Source: a virus. Taken from it: a DNA stretch of 64,000 nucleotides. This document shows, piece after piece, positions 25,248 through 35,900 of the stretch. The position numbers and the translations under genes were made by a program. The DNA is taken from the IMG/VR virus record IMGVR_UViG_3300043410_001007, positions 1 to 64,000 of that record; one strand, 5' to 3'. Below the pieces are notes generated by a model. The model ran no database searches. It was not told the DNA's origin and worked only from the letters and a program-made list of their open reading frames with translations. How positions within the stretch are numbered: the stretch's first letter is position 1; every line of letters starts with the position of its first letter.

Positions 25248-28200
25248 ATGGCAAATAATAAGATACGAACATCAGGCACAGCTAGTAGCTACTCTGAAAG
25301 TGCTGGTAGTAAAGATAGTACCCCCGCACTCAAGGGACTGATGATCGGCACGGTCAAGAATAATATTGACCCTACACACTCAGGTAAGTTACAGGTCTAC
25401 ATAGCGGCCAGTGGCGGCGCTGATCCAGATGACCAAAATAGTTGGGTTGATGTGGAATACATGAGCCCTTTCCTAGGAACAACTTCACCTGGCGGCGATC
25501 CAAAGAATGGTCCAGACAAAACAGGTGATGGTAAGTTCGTGGGTAACCCACAGAGTTACGGATTCTGGGCATCTGCTCCAGACATTGGCACTGAAGTGCT
25601 ATGCTTATTCACTGACGATGATAAACATCGCGGCTTCTACATCGGTTGTATTCCTAAATCAGGGATGATGGCAATGGTTCCTGCCATTGGTAGTACCAGT
25701 AAAGTAGTACCTAATAGTGGCGAAGCTACAACCTACGGCGGCGCTGATAGACTACCAACTACAGAAGTCAACATGGGTAACCCTTCCGTAAAGAAAAGCG
25801 CAACGGTGTATGACGAGCCTAAACCTGTTCACTCATATCAAGCTGGTATTTTATCACAGCAGGGCTTGATTAGAGACAACATCAGAGGTGTAATCTCATC
25901 TAGTGCTCAGCGTGAATCACCAAGTAGAGTATTTGGTATCTCTACGCCAGGCTCAGCAATCTTTGAGGGTGGTTACGATGCGTCAACAATCGCGGCAGCC
26001 GCGGCCAAAGGCGATAAGAAAAAACTACAAGTTCAGGGCAGAACTGGCGGTCACTCATTTGTAATGGACGATGGCACACTAGAGGGTGCAGATCAACTAG
26101 TTCGTTTACGCAGTAGTGCTGGACATCAAATACTAATGAGTGATAGTGGACAAACTTTATTCATCATTCATAGCAATGGCTTATCATGGATCGAACTCGG
26201 CAAAGAAGGCACAGTTGATATCTACGCAACTAACTCATTCAATGTTCGAACTAAAGGCGATCTAAACCTACACGCAGATAACGATGTGAACATTCATGCT
26301 AATAAGAAACTAAACATGTATGGTCAATCAATCTCAATAGAAAGTGAAAAAGATTCGACATGGCGTAGCGGCGGCAACTTCTCTGGCTACACTGTAGGCA
26401 ACTACACATTCAAAATAGACGGTAGTATGGGCTTACAAAGTGCGGGTGAAGGCGGCATCAATAGCGCAGGTACCCTACACTTGAATGGCTCTAAAATCAA
26501 CATGAATAGTGGCACAAAAGGACCAGTTCCTGCCACAATCAATAAGATTACTAAAACTAGTCATATCGAAACTACATTCAGTAAAAATGTTGGTTGGATG
26601 AATCCAGCTCCAGAACCTAATATGAGTATTACTAGTAGAGCACCGACTCACCAACCATGGATAGGTTCAGGTAAAGGCGTCAATGTAAAAATCAATGATG
26701 TGGCACCGGACGCTAGCGCACCAACAGCAACACCGGCAACAACAGCGGCGAATAATGCGGCAAAACAAGCACCTACTGCGCCAACATCGGCAGCAGAAGT
26801 AGCAGCCGCTCCCGCCGCAAAATCAGCGGCAGGACCGCTACCAGCTACAGGCGTAAAAGCACTCACTGCGCAAGTAGCAACTACGGCTCAATCACTAACA
26901 ACAGAAGCACAAAAGGCAGCCGGCGTAGTAAGTGCCGCTAGTGGACTCACAGTCAATCAAATGGAGGCAGCCGGTGCTGTTCCGCCAGGCGCCGCCGCGC
27001 AAGTAACAGCACTTGTAGCTAAGGGCATGCCGGTAGAAAAAGCATTAGATGGTAAGCTAACGGGGGTCGGTGGAGTAACTGATGCGAAGGTACTAGTGGG
27101 CGATGTTGTAAAACAAGCCGGTGTACTACAAGACGCAATCGTAAACAGCGCTACAAAACTAAAAGAGGCCGGAGTTCTAACAGGCAAAGAAAGTGCACTA
27201 CAAGCGGCAGGACCGATATTAGCTGGTGTAACACACGGTGTAAAAGATGTAGCAGATGCTCTAAAGGGCACTGCGGGTAGCGTCGGTGCTTTGATTGATG
27301 GTGCCGCAACAAGCGTCGGTAGTTCTCTTGGTAGTCTAAAAGACAGTTTGGCTAGTGGTAAGCTGGCGGCCGGTTTGGGTGAAAGTGTAAGCAGTGGTCT
27401 TGGCGGACTAAAGGCAAGTCTAGAAGGTCTGGGCGATAAACTCAAATCAGAAGCAGACAGCATGAAGTCAGGATTACAGAACGCATTCGCAAGTGTAGAA
27501 AAATCATTCACTGCTCTAAAAGGCGGCACAGTCAATACTCTTGGTAACGGTGACGGCAGTACTCCTCCACCTAAGGGTAAAACTGAACTTGCCGCTAACG
27601 ATTATGATAGTGCTAAAGCAGAATACGAAAGCGCAGAGACTGAATGGTTCAATGCTAAGCGTGATTACTCATACTCTAAGAGTGATGAAGATTATGAAAG
27701 AATAGCGGCCGCTGAAAAGAAAATGTCTTCAGCAAAACAAACAATGGCCAAAGCTAGTATGGCATTCTTGGGCAGTATGCCGGGTGGCAGTGCCGTGGCT
27801 GATGCGGCCGGTAGCATCAAGGACAAGTTAGGCGGCATCACTGATTCATTAAGTGCTAAAGCTGGCGGACTTCTAGACTCACTAAAGTCATCTACTGCTA
27901 CGAGTGGACTAAACGCACTGCCTGGTGGAGCTGGTGCTCTAATGGCATCAGTAAGCAATAGTGGCGCTGGCGGCACTAGTCCGCTTGATGCTATGAAGAG
28001 TGTGTCTGCTGGTGCTAATAGTCTAATAGCTAAGGTAGCACCATATTCAGGCGCTCTAGGATTATCTTCATCGGTTGCTCAACTACAATCAGCGGCTGGT
28101 AAGTTTACTGCTCTAACAGCAAAAGCAGACAGCTTATCTAATAAAATAACATCAGCGTCTGCTAAAATAGATAGTTTATCTGGTAAAGCTAGTGAACTAT

Positions 28201-28757
28201 CAGCATCACTGAATGACCCTACTAAGCTAGGTGGCAAACTAACAGAGGTAGGAGATAAACTCAAAGGAGCTATGGAAGGTGGTATGTCCAAACTAAATGG
28301 CGCGGCTGACTTGGCGAAGTCTGGCGCTAGTGGTATCATGGCCCAACTACAAACACAGCTAGATGCTATTGGCGGCGCGGGAGCTGAGGTAAAGAGTGCC
28401 GTAGCCGCTACAGGAACATTCGATACTACTGCGCTCAAAGCTAAGATGGGTAAACTACTTGGTGACGCTAAGATTCCTATGCCGTCGTTCAATGATAGCG
28501 TCAAACCATCATCGGATGTAGTAGCAGTAACAGAAGCACAAACAGCCGCACTAGAAGCAGTCAAAGATGCTCAATACAAGGTCAATGCGGCTAAGCTAAA
28601 CGCATCACTGACTAAGACTACAGCCTCATTTATGCCAGCCGCCCAGAAAGAAAAAATGTTAGCTGATGTACAAGAGAAGGTACAGGCCGCGCTAGATAAG
28701 TTAGATGAAGCTGAGAAAGCATATCAAGCTACTCTAAATGGCGGCACTACAGCGTAA
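25248..28757 (+). CDS. gp5: Baseplate central spike gp5/VgrG-like protein with long Ala/Gly/Ser/Lys-rich C-terminal extension
   Basis: OB fold (VKNNIDP..SGKLQVYI, PDIGTEVLCLF), GHSFVMDDG, RSSAGHQILM, beta-helix repeats. Confidence 0.8.
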   Translation: MANNKIRTSGTASSYSESAGSKDSTPALKGLMIGTVKNNIDPTHSGKLQVYIAASGGADPDDQNSWVDVEYMSPFLGTTSPGGDPKNGPDKTGDGKFVGNPQSYGFWASAPDIGTEVLCLFTDDDKHRGFYIGCIPKSGMMAMVPAIGSTSKVVPNSGEATTYGGADRLPTTEVNMGNPSVKKSATVYDEPKPVHSYQAGILSQQGLIRDNIRGVISSSAQRESPSRVFGISTPGSAIFEGGYDASTIAAAAAKGDKKKLQVQGRTGGHSFVMDDGTLEGADQLVRLRSSAGHQILMSDSGQTLFIIHSNGLSWIELGKEGTVDIYATNSFNVRTKGDLNLHADNDVNIHANKKLNMYGQSISIESEKDSTWRSGGNFSGYTVGNYTFKIDGSMGLQSAGEGGINSAGTLHLNGSKINMNSGTKGPVPATINKITKTSHIETTFSKNVGWMNPAPEPNMSITSRAPTHQPWIGSGKGVNVKINDVAPDASAPTATPATTAANNAAKQAPTAPTSAAEVAAAPAAKSAAGPLPATGVKALTAQVATTAQSLTTEAQKAAGVVSAASGLTVNQMEAAGAVPPGAAAQVTALVAKGMPVEKALDGKLTGVGGVTDAKVLVGDVVKQAGVLQDAIVNSATKLKEAGVLTGKESALQAAGPILAGVTHGVKDVADALKGTAGSVGALIDGAATSVGSSLGSLKDSLASGKLAAGLGESVSSGLGGLKASLEGLGDKLKSEADSMKSGLQNAFASVEKSFTALKGGTVNTLGNGDGSTPPPKGKTELAANDYDSAKAEYESAETEWFNAKRDYSYSKSDEDYERIAAAEKKMSSAKQTMAKASMAFLGSMPGGSAVADAAGSIKDKLGGITDSLSAKAGGLLDSLKSSTATSGLNALPGGAGALMASVSNSGAGGTSPLDAMKSVSAGANSLIAKVAPYSGALGLSSSVAQLQSAAGKFTALTAKADSLSNKITSASAKIDSLSGKASELSASLNDPTKLGGKLTEVGDKLKGAMEGGMSKLNGAADLAKSGASGIMAQLQTQLDAIGGAGAEVKSAVAATGTFDTTALKAKMGKLLGDAKIPMPSFNDSVKPSSDVVAVTEAQTAALEAVKDAQYKVNAAKLNASLTKTTASFMPAAQKEKMLADVQEKVQAALDKLDEAEKAYQATLNGGTTA

Positions 28758-28768
28758 TAAATACAACT

Positions 28769-29209
28769 ATGGCAACAAACATCTACAACGGCTTTTCGAC
28801 TATCGGCGTAAAGGAACGAAACTCAATCTACGACAACGGTGGATTGATTCCGGTCTCGACGGTGCCGTCTACTACATGTAAACTCAATGACGAGTATCTA
28901 GTTACTAGAGATTTACTAAATGCTTTCAATATTAGGCAAGGCGAGAAGCCAGGCAACCCAAAATATGGTACTATTATTCAAGGATTTATGTTCGAGCCTA
29001 ACATCGAAAACATTCGCAGTGAGATGGAGATGGAGATCCGCCGAGTGGTATCACTTGATCCTAGAATAATACTAAACTCACTAAACATCTATTCCCAAGA
29101 TAATCAAGTGACTTTTCAGATGGAAGTCATGTATGCGCCGTTCAATAACCCTACTACCCTTACTATGGGCATCGATAGACTAAGCGGTCGAGTATCTCAG
29201 GTAGCATAA
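28769..29209 (+). CDS. gp25: Baseplate wedge protein, gp25-like
   Basis: DLLNAFNIRQGEKPGNPKYGTII..MFEP...DPRI. Confidence 0.9.
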   Translation: MATNIYNGFSTIGVKERNSIYDNGGLIPVSTVPSTTCKLNDEYLVTRDLLNAFNIRQGEKPGNPKYGTIIQGFMFEPNIENIRSEMEMEIRRVVSLDPRIILNSLNIYSQDNQVTFQMEVMYAPFNNPTTLTMGIDRLSGRVSQVA

Positions 29210-29259
29210 AATAGCAGATTTACGGGGTGATAAATACATCACTACGGGATAAATCAACT

Positions 29260-32200
29260 ATGGCATCATCAAAAAAATCTTCATTGTTCGGCCTCCAGGA
29301 CTGGAAAAAGTTCTACGAGCCATACAGCAGTGCTGACCTTCAAAGTTATGACTATGAAAGTCTACGCAAGAACTTTATTGACTATCTAAAGCGTAACTAT
29401 CCCGAAACATTCAACGATTATGTAGAAAGTAGTGAGTTCGTAGCACTCTTAGATGTGATGGCATACATGGGCCAATCAATGGCCTTCCGTAGTGACCTAA
29501 ACGCCCGTGAAAACTTTATCGACACCGCCCAGCGCCGTGATTCCGTAATCAAACTAGCAAACTTAGTCGGCTACACGCCTAAGCGTAACACTAGTGGCCA
29601 AGGCCTAGTAAAAATCTCAGCAGTATCTACTACAGAAGCAGTCACTGACTTTAACGGCATCAATCTTAGCGGTCAATCTATCTTATGGAATGACGCGGCC
29701 AACCGTAACTGGCAAGAACAGTTCAACGCGGTTATCAATGCGGCACTCATCAACTCACAGCGCATCGGTAAACCAGGCAACAGCAACAATATTCTTGATG
29801 TAAAGACAGATGAATACACAATAAACCTAACATCAAATACTATTCCTACTATCAAGTTTCAGGCTAATGTAAGCGGTAGTTCAATGAACTTCGAACTAGT
29901 AAGTGTGACTAGTCTAAATCAAGAATACTTGTATGAACTACCACCAGCCCCAAGCAGCCAGTTCAACATCTTGTACAGAAACGACAAACTAGGATATGGT
30001 AGCCAAAACACCGGTTTCTTCGCATACTTCAAACAAGGTAGTTTAGAAACATTTGACTTCTCATTTACTGAAAAAATCGAAAACAATCAACAAGCAGTCA
30101 ATATTCAAGGCATCAATGATGATGATACTTGGTTGTACAAGCTGGATTCGTCTAATACACCTACAGAACTATGGACACAAGTACAAAACGTGTACATTGC
30201 TAGCGACAACAAACAAAGTACATCAGTAAAAACAATCTACAGTGTGCTAAGTAGAGCTAATGATGAGATTACAATATCATTCAGTGACGGTATCTTCGGT
30301 ACAATCCCAGTTGGTAGCTTCAGAACATACGTTCGTACAAGTAATGCTCGTCAATACACTATCAATCCTAGTGATATGTCTGGTAAAACTGCTCAACTAC
30401 AGTATGTAAGTAGAAGTGGTAAAACAGAAACCCTAACATTCACCTTCTCTCTACAATCACCATGTAGCACCGCATTGAACCGCGAAACTCTAGCAAACAT
30501 CAAAGAACGTGCGCCTAGTAGATACTACACACAGAACAGAATGGTCAACGGCGAAGACTACACAAACTTTCCATTCACACTTTACAACTCGATTATCAAA
30601 TCAAAAGCAGTCAATCGTAGTTCAATTGGCGTGTCTCGTAACTTAGACTTACTAGACCCAACAGGCAAGTACTCATCAACTAACGTGTTCGCTGACGATG
30701 GCGCCCTAACATTCGACAACTCGCCGCTAATCACATCTTTCTCTACCGCTAGTAGCAGTTATGCGACAGAGTTTCTAAGTAGTACTCTACCGTCCATACT
30801 AGGCGACAGTCCAGCAATACAATATTATCAAACATATTACAGTAAGAAGAAAGCACCAACTGGTTCAGATAGCTGGCGCTGGAATCTAACTAGTATCAGC
30901 GGTAGACAAGTAACTGGTTATTTCTACACCGATATCGCAGGTGGTCAATCACCGTTTCCACTTGGTCCATACAGTACAACAAACGCAAAATACATTACTA
31001 AGGGCGCACTCATCAAGTTTGAACCCGTAGATAGTACAATGTACTTTGATACTAACAACAGATTGACTTCGCAAGATACAGGTATTCGAAGTATCTGGGT
31101 CGGTGTAGACAATGTTGTTGGCGACGGCTTCAACTATGGCGCTGGCAACCTATCAACTGGTACCGGACCAGTAACACTCAACATGTATGTGCCTGGTAAT
31201 CCACTTGGCGCAACAACAGCGCAAGTACAAATCAGTGAAGTTGGCATTATTGCTCAGTTTGATAATACGCTAAGCAGTACAATCATTGCCTCAGCACTAG
31301 CAAAAATCAAAGTTCAGCAAGACTTTGCTCTACAGTTCGATGATACTAAACTAGCAAGTAGTGAACGTTGGAGTGTAATCGATATCCCAGTCACTGACCC
31401 AAGTGCTAGTACCTATTACACAGATCATTTAGTAAAATTTGAGCACTTGTCAGCCAAGGGAGTGTATCAAGTAACAATTAGAAACGTAAACTACAAGTTC
31501 TCATCGGTAAAAGCGGTCCGCTTCCTATTCGATGGCGTAGAGAAAGTCTATGATCCTAAGACAGGTCAAGTTCTTACCGACAAAGTATCAATATTGTCCA
31601 AGTATGATAAATCAATGCCGATCACGCATCAGTACGGATTGAACATTATTGGCCAACCCGTACAGAACGACGGTTTCAGCGACGACTTCCAAGTCACAGT
31701 ATCGCCGATCAACTCTAATACCGGTTACAGCAGTAACCCAATATTCTTTGATGAGATTGTCGGCGGCTCTACAATCGATCCTAGTAGAGCAGTATTCTTC
31801 AATGTATTGACTGATAGCGACAATTTAGACACAATCGAACTACTACCAACTGATACTGACATTGTGTACAATAAATCATTGATAAGTTTAGCTAGTATCA
31901 ACGATATTATCTATGAGCAACCGGTTGGTACAATCTTCTATTGTACACGAGCGCTAACTATTGAACTATCAGCGGTACCACAACTACGTAGTTCTACTGC
32001 GTACAAAGTAACTGCTATCAGTCCTATTGAGCATAAACTTACCAATGGTGATTCGGTAACCATCGTCGATGCTGGTCTTATTACTGAGACTAACAAGTAT
32101 CCATACAACGGTACATACACCGTTACTGTCGTAGATGACTTTACATTCACATACGAAGTTACAAGTACTGTTCAGTTGATTGCTGTCAAGGACGCACACG

Positions 32201-32922
32201 TAGCTAACAGATTTTATCAATCATATCAGGAACCAGGTAGTGTTCCTGCCGTCTATCTATTCGAAGATGTAACTAAACAATACAAGGTTGAACCAGGTCG
32301 CAACGGCATCAATTTTCAATACCGTCACAACACTGGCCAATCTAACCGAATTGACCCAGCAACTACCAACATTGTAGACCTGTTCCTGGTAACCCAAGAC
32401 TATTACACCAACTACACAAACTGGTTGAGTGATACTACAGGACGTGTTGCTAAGCCGGCTAAGCCAACGGTCAATGACCTACAGCAATCTTATGGTGAGT
32501 TGAGTGGTTACAAGATGATTAGTGATAATATTGTACTAAACTCAGTAGACTTCAAGCCACTATTCGGCACAAAAGCCGCAACTAACCTACAGGCCACTAT
32601 CAAAGTAGTAAAAAACAGCACCACCACCGCTAGTGACAGTCAAATCCGTAGTAGCGTACTAAGCGCCATGAATACATATTTTTCACTAGATAACTGGAGC
32701 TTTGGCGATACGTTCTACTTCTCGGAACTAACGTCATATCTACACGTTCAGCTTGGTGGCCTAATCAGCAGTGTAATCTTGGTACCTAATGACCCTACCA
32801 AAAAGTTCGGAGATATGTACGAAGTTCGTAGTGGTCCTAATGAGATTTTTGTAAACGGCGCCTCCGCAAGCGACATTAGTATCATTGCTAGCTTGACAGA
32901 TAACTCAATGGGTAAGTGTTAA
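29260..32922 (+). CDS. gp6: Baseplate wedge subunit, gp6-like
   Basis: DYESLRKNF, FNDYVESS, ENFIDTAQRRDSV, FSDGIFG, TQNRMVNGEDY; start moved from GTG 29227 (inside the promoter at 29229-29236) to ATG 29260. Confidence 0.88.
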   Translation: MASSKKSSLFGLQDWKKFYEPYSSADLQSYDYESLRKNFIDYLKRNYPETFNDYVESSEFVALLDVMAYMGQSMAFRSDLNARENFIDTAQRRDSVIKLANLVGYTPKRNTSGQGLVKISAVSTTEAVTDFNGINLSGQSILWNDAANRNWQEQFNAVINAALINSQRIGKPGNSNNILDVKTDEYTINLTSNTIPTIKFQANVSGSSMNFELVSVTSLNQEYLYELPPAPSSQFNILYRNDKLGYGSQNTGFFAYFKQGSLETFDFSFTEKIENNQQAVNIQGINDDDTWLYKLDSSNTPTELWTQVQNVYIASDNKQSTSVKTIYSVLSRANDEITISFSDGIFGTIPVGSFRTYVRTSNARQYTINPSDMSGKTAQLQYVSRSGKTETLTFTFSLQSPCSTALNRETLANIKERAPSRYYTQNRMVNGEDYTNFPFTLYNSIIKSKAVNRSSIGVSRNLDLLDPTGKYSSTNVFADDGALTFDNSPLITSFSTASSSYATEFLSSTLPSILGDSPAIQYYQTYYSKKKAPTGSDSWRWNLTSISGRQVTGYFYTDIAGGQSPFPLGPYSTTNAKYITKGALIKFEPVDSTMYFDTNNRLTSQDTGIRSIWVGVDNVVGDGFNYGAGNLSTGTGPVTLNMYVPGNPLGATTAQVQISEVGIIAQFDNTLSSTIIASALAKIKVQQDFALQFDDTKLASSERWSVIDIPVTDPSASTYYTDHLVKFEHLSAKGVYQVTIRNVNYKFSSVKAVRFLFDGVEKVYDPKTGQVLTDKVSILSKYDKSMPITHQYGLNIIGQPVQNDGFSDDFQVTVSPINSNTGYSSNPIFFDEIVGGSTIDPSRAVFFNVLTDSDNLDTIELLPTDTDIVYNKSLISLASINDIIYEQPVGTIFYCTRALTIELSAVPQLRSSTAYKVTAISPIEHKLTNGDSVTIVDAGLITETNKYPYNGTYTVTVVDDFTFTYEVTSTVQLIAVKDAHVANRFYQSYQEPGSVPAVYLFEDVTKQYKVEPGRNGINFQYRHNTGQSNRIDPATTNIVDLFLVTQDYYTNYTNWLSDTTGRVAKPAKPTVNDLQQSYGELSGYKMISDNIVLNSVDFKPLFGTKAATNLQATIKVVKNSTTTASDSQIRSSVLSAMNTYFSLDNWSFGDTFYFSELTSYLHVQLGGLISSVILVPNDPTKKFGDMYEVRSGPNEIFVNGASASDISIIASLTDNSMGKC

Positions 32923-32985
32923 GTAAAACCACTGATTTTCGGTAAGATAAATACTAGTTAGAACAACTAACACGGACTAACTAGC

Positions 32986-35900
32986 ATGGCCAAACAAGTA
33001 AGAACACTTACATTTTTACCGGAAATCTTCCAAACTGAAACGAACAGTCACTTCCTAGAGTCTACTCTGGACGTACTGACGAACAAACCTAATCTCTCTC
33101 GTGTCCAGGGCTATGTGGGCGAGAAGCACGGTTACGGCGTCACTGCCAGCGACAAGTATGTGGCTGAGCCTACAGCAGAACGTACAAACTATCAGTTAGA
33201 ACCTAGTGTAGTGTTCCTAAAGAAAGACACCAAAGTCGCACAAGACTTTATTGACTACCCAGGTATCATCAATGCGCTAGAAAAACAGGGCGCTAATGTA
33301 TCTAATCACAACAAGTTGTTCTCAAACGAGTTTTACACATGGGACAGCTTTACTGACCTAGATAAGACAGTCAACTACACAATGTACTACTGGTTGCCAC
33401 TGGGCCCAGATGCTATTCTCATCACAGAAGCACTAGACATAGACACTATCATCGGTCAACAACAGTACACAACGCCTAGTGGTCTAAAGTTCATCAACGG
33501 TCTAAAAGTAAACTTTGTAAATCCAGTACAGACTGGTATGTCAAAGATAGATTACTATGTCGAGGGTGTTGGCACCTCTATTACCCTACTTCCTGCTGAC
33601 GAGATGATTAGTACAGAAGTCACTGCTGGCGGCATGTATGTTCCATATGACAAAGACAACTTCGATACTACTGTATGGAGTATCAAACTGTATGTTCCTA
33701 TTCAACCAGATTACATTACTATCAATAGAAATAGTGAGGATCGTAACGCATGGTCTCGTGGCAATCGCTGGTTTCATCAGCGTGTTCTAGACACTACTGA
33801 GGAGTGGAACGGCCAGATCACACGTAACCCTAGTAACACAATCACTCGTGCTCAGCGTCCTATCATTGAGTTCGAGGGCAATATTCGCCTGTTCAACAGC
33901 GGCACAAAGAGCGCCGGCGCAGTTGATTACATCGACACATACACAACAAACGCACAAGTATCAGTAAGTGGTGCAGCTAAAGGTACCGCTGAAATCGTAG
34001 TTACGCTAACTGATACTACTACTATTACTAACGGTTACTTCACTGTTGCTAGTACAGATAAACTAACACTAGATCAAGCTATTGTATTCAAAGCAACACC
34101 TGGCGTTGGATCAACTTACGTAGATAACTACGGTAAAACAATCGCATACGAAACATTAGGTGGCGTAAAACTATCTACAAAAACATACTACATCTCTAAA
34201 ATCGATAGAGATAACAACGGCATTCAGCTAACAGACATTACTGGTAATACATACCCTAAAGCGGTCACCCACGTCAAAGAAGTCATCCCTTCGATGACAC
34301 TAACAAACGTAGCAACTGTACAGAGTGGCGCCCGTGTTGTGTTTGCGGCAGATGATAACCCAGCAGTACGTTCAAAAATCTACAACATCAGTTACACTAG
34401 TACATCTGGTGATTCGGTCGCTGTTATGGCAGACACTGGTGCCACAGTCACTGATGGCACACAAGTTCACGTTAGTGACGGACCTGGTGATCTAAACGGC
34501 ACTTCATGGCGCTACAGTAGCACTACTGGTGGCTGGATCGAATCACAAAAGAAAGTAGCAATCAATCAAGCGCCTCGCTTCGATATCTTTGATACTAATG
34601 AGATCAGCTTGGGCGACAGTGACTTCTATCCTGCTACAACATTCAAGGGCACAAAAATCTTTAGTTACGCTCCTGGTGTAGGTACTAGTGATAGCGTACT
34701 AGGCTTCCCTGTTGCGTACAGTAGTGGCGAGACCGGTGCCGACTTCGAATTCCGTGTTGATTTCAACTACGATACATTTACATACACTAAGAGTGGTACA
34801 AAAACTACTGCTCTAGTAAGTATTGGATACGTACACACCGGCACAACAAACGTAAAGAAGCGAATTGGTTGGACTAAAGCAATCGCTCCTAGTAAACAGT
34901 ATCAACTATTTTCATTTGATACTACAACTGCCAATCAAACAGATGGTTACGTGTGTGACATCTTAGCTAACACACGCCAAGAAGTAACATGGTCGCCAGC
35001 AGTTGTATTCAATGACGGTGAGTTCGTTGACCCAACAAAATTCACAGTGGTGCGTGATGCTGTGAAAAATACTACAACAATCAAACTATCATCTACTGCT
35101 GATATTGGTTCTAAAGTGACCGTATCTTTACTAAGTGATCAAGTAAGCTCTACTGCGTACTACCAAATCCCTGCTAACCTACAGAACAACGCATTCAACG
35201 TAAACATGACTGCTATTGCTCTAGGTGAAGTCAAACAACATTACGTTGGCGTATTCAATAACGCGCCAGGCTCAAGTGGCCCGCAATTAGGTAGTAACAA
35301 CTACAGCGACTTAGGCGATCTAACAAAGTACGGTAATCGTATTATTCAAAACAGTGCTAGTCTCTTGTTACCTGGTGTATTCTTGCGTAAAGCAGAATAC
35401 AACTTACACGATGCTCTACGCTTCAATGCTGAGAAATATCAAGAATACAAGAACCGTCTAGTAGACCTAGCAGAAGCTAGTGACTACTCAGTGTATCAAA
35501 CACCTGAGCAAATCTTAGACGACATTATCAGTCGAATAACTGCTAACAAACTACAAACAGACAGCTTCTTCTGGAGCGACATGGTCATGAGTGGTAGCCC
35601 GTATGTAACTAACACATACGAATATCGCACAGATATTTTTGCTGGTGTCATTCCTCTATCACACACTTATGATACTAAAAACGCAAACTATGAAGGTTTC
35701 TGTGTTTATTATCAGTCAACAGTTGATGGTAGATTAGTAAACGAGCTATTGATTCGCGGTATCGATTACAACATCACTGATGGTGAACCAAGTATTGTTA
35801 TGACTAGAACTATTCTAGCCGGCGACAAACTAGTTGTAAAAGAATACAACCAAACATACGGCAGTTACTGCCCTAATACACCTACTAAGCTGGGTATGTA

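Noticed and set aside
26648-28564. Several minus-strand ORFs up to 192 aa
   Set aside because: Shadows of the Ala/Gly-rich gp5 extension
29227-29259. GTG start for gp6 given in the ORF track
   Set aside because: It overlaps the GATAAATA promoter; ATG 29260 is more plausible
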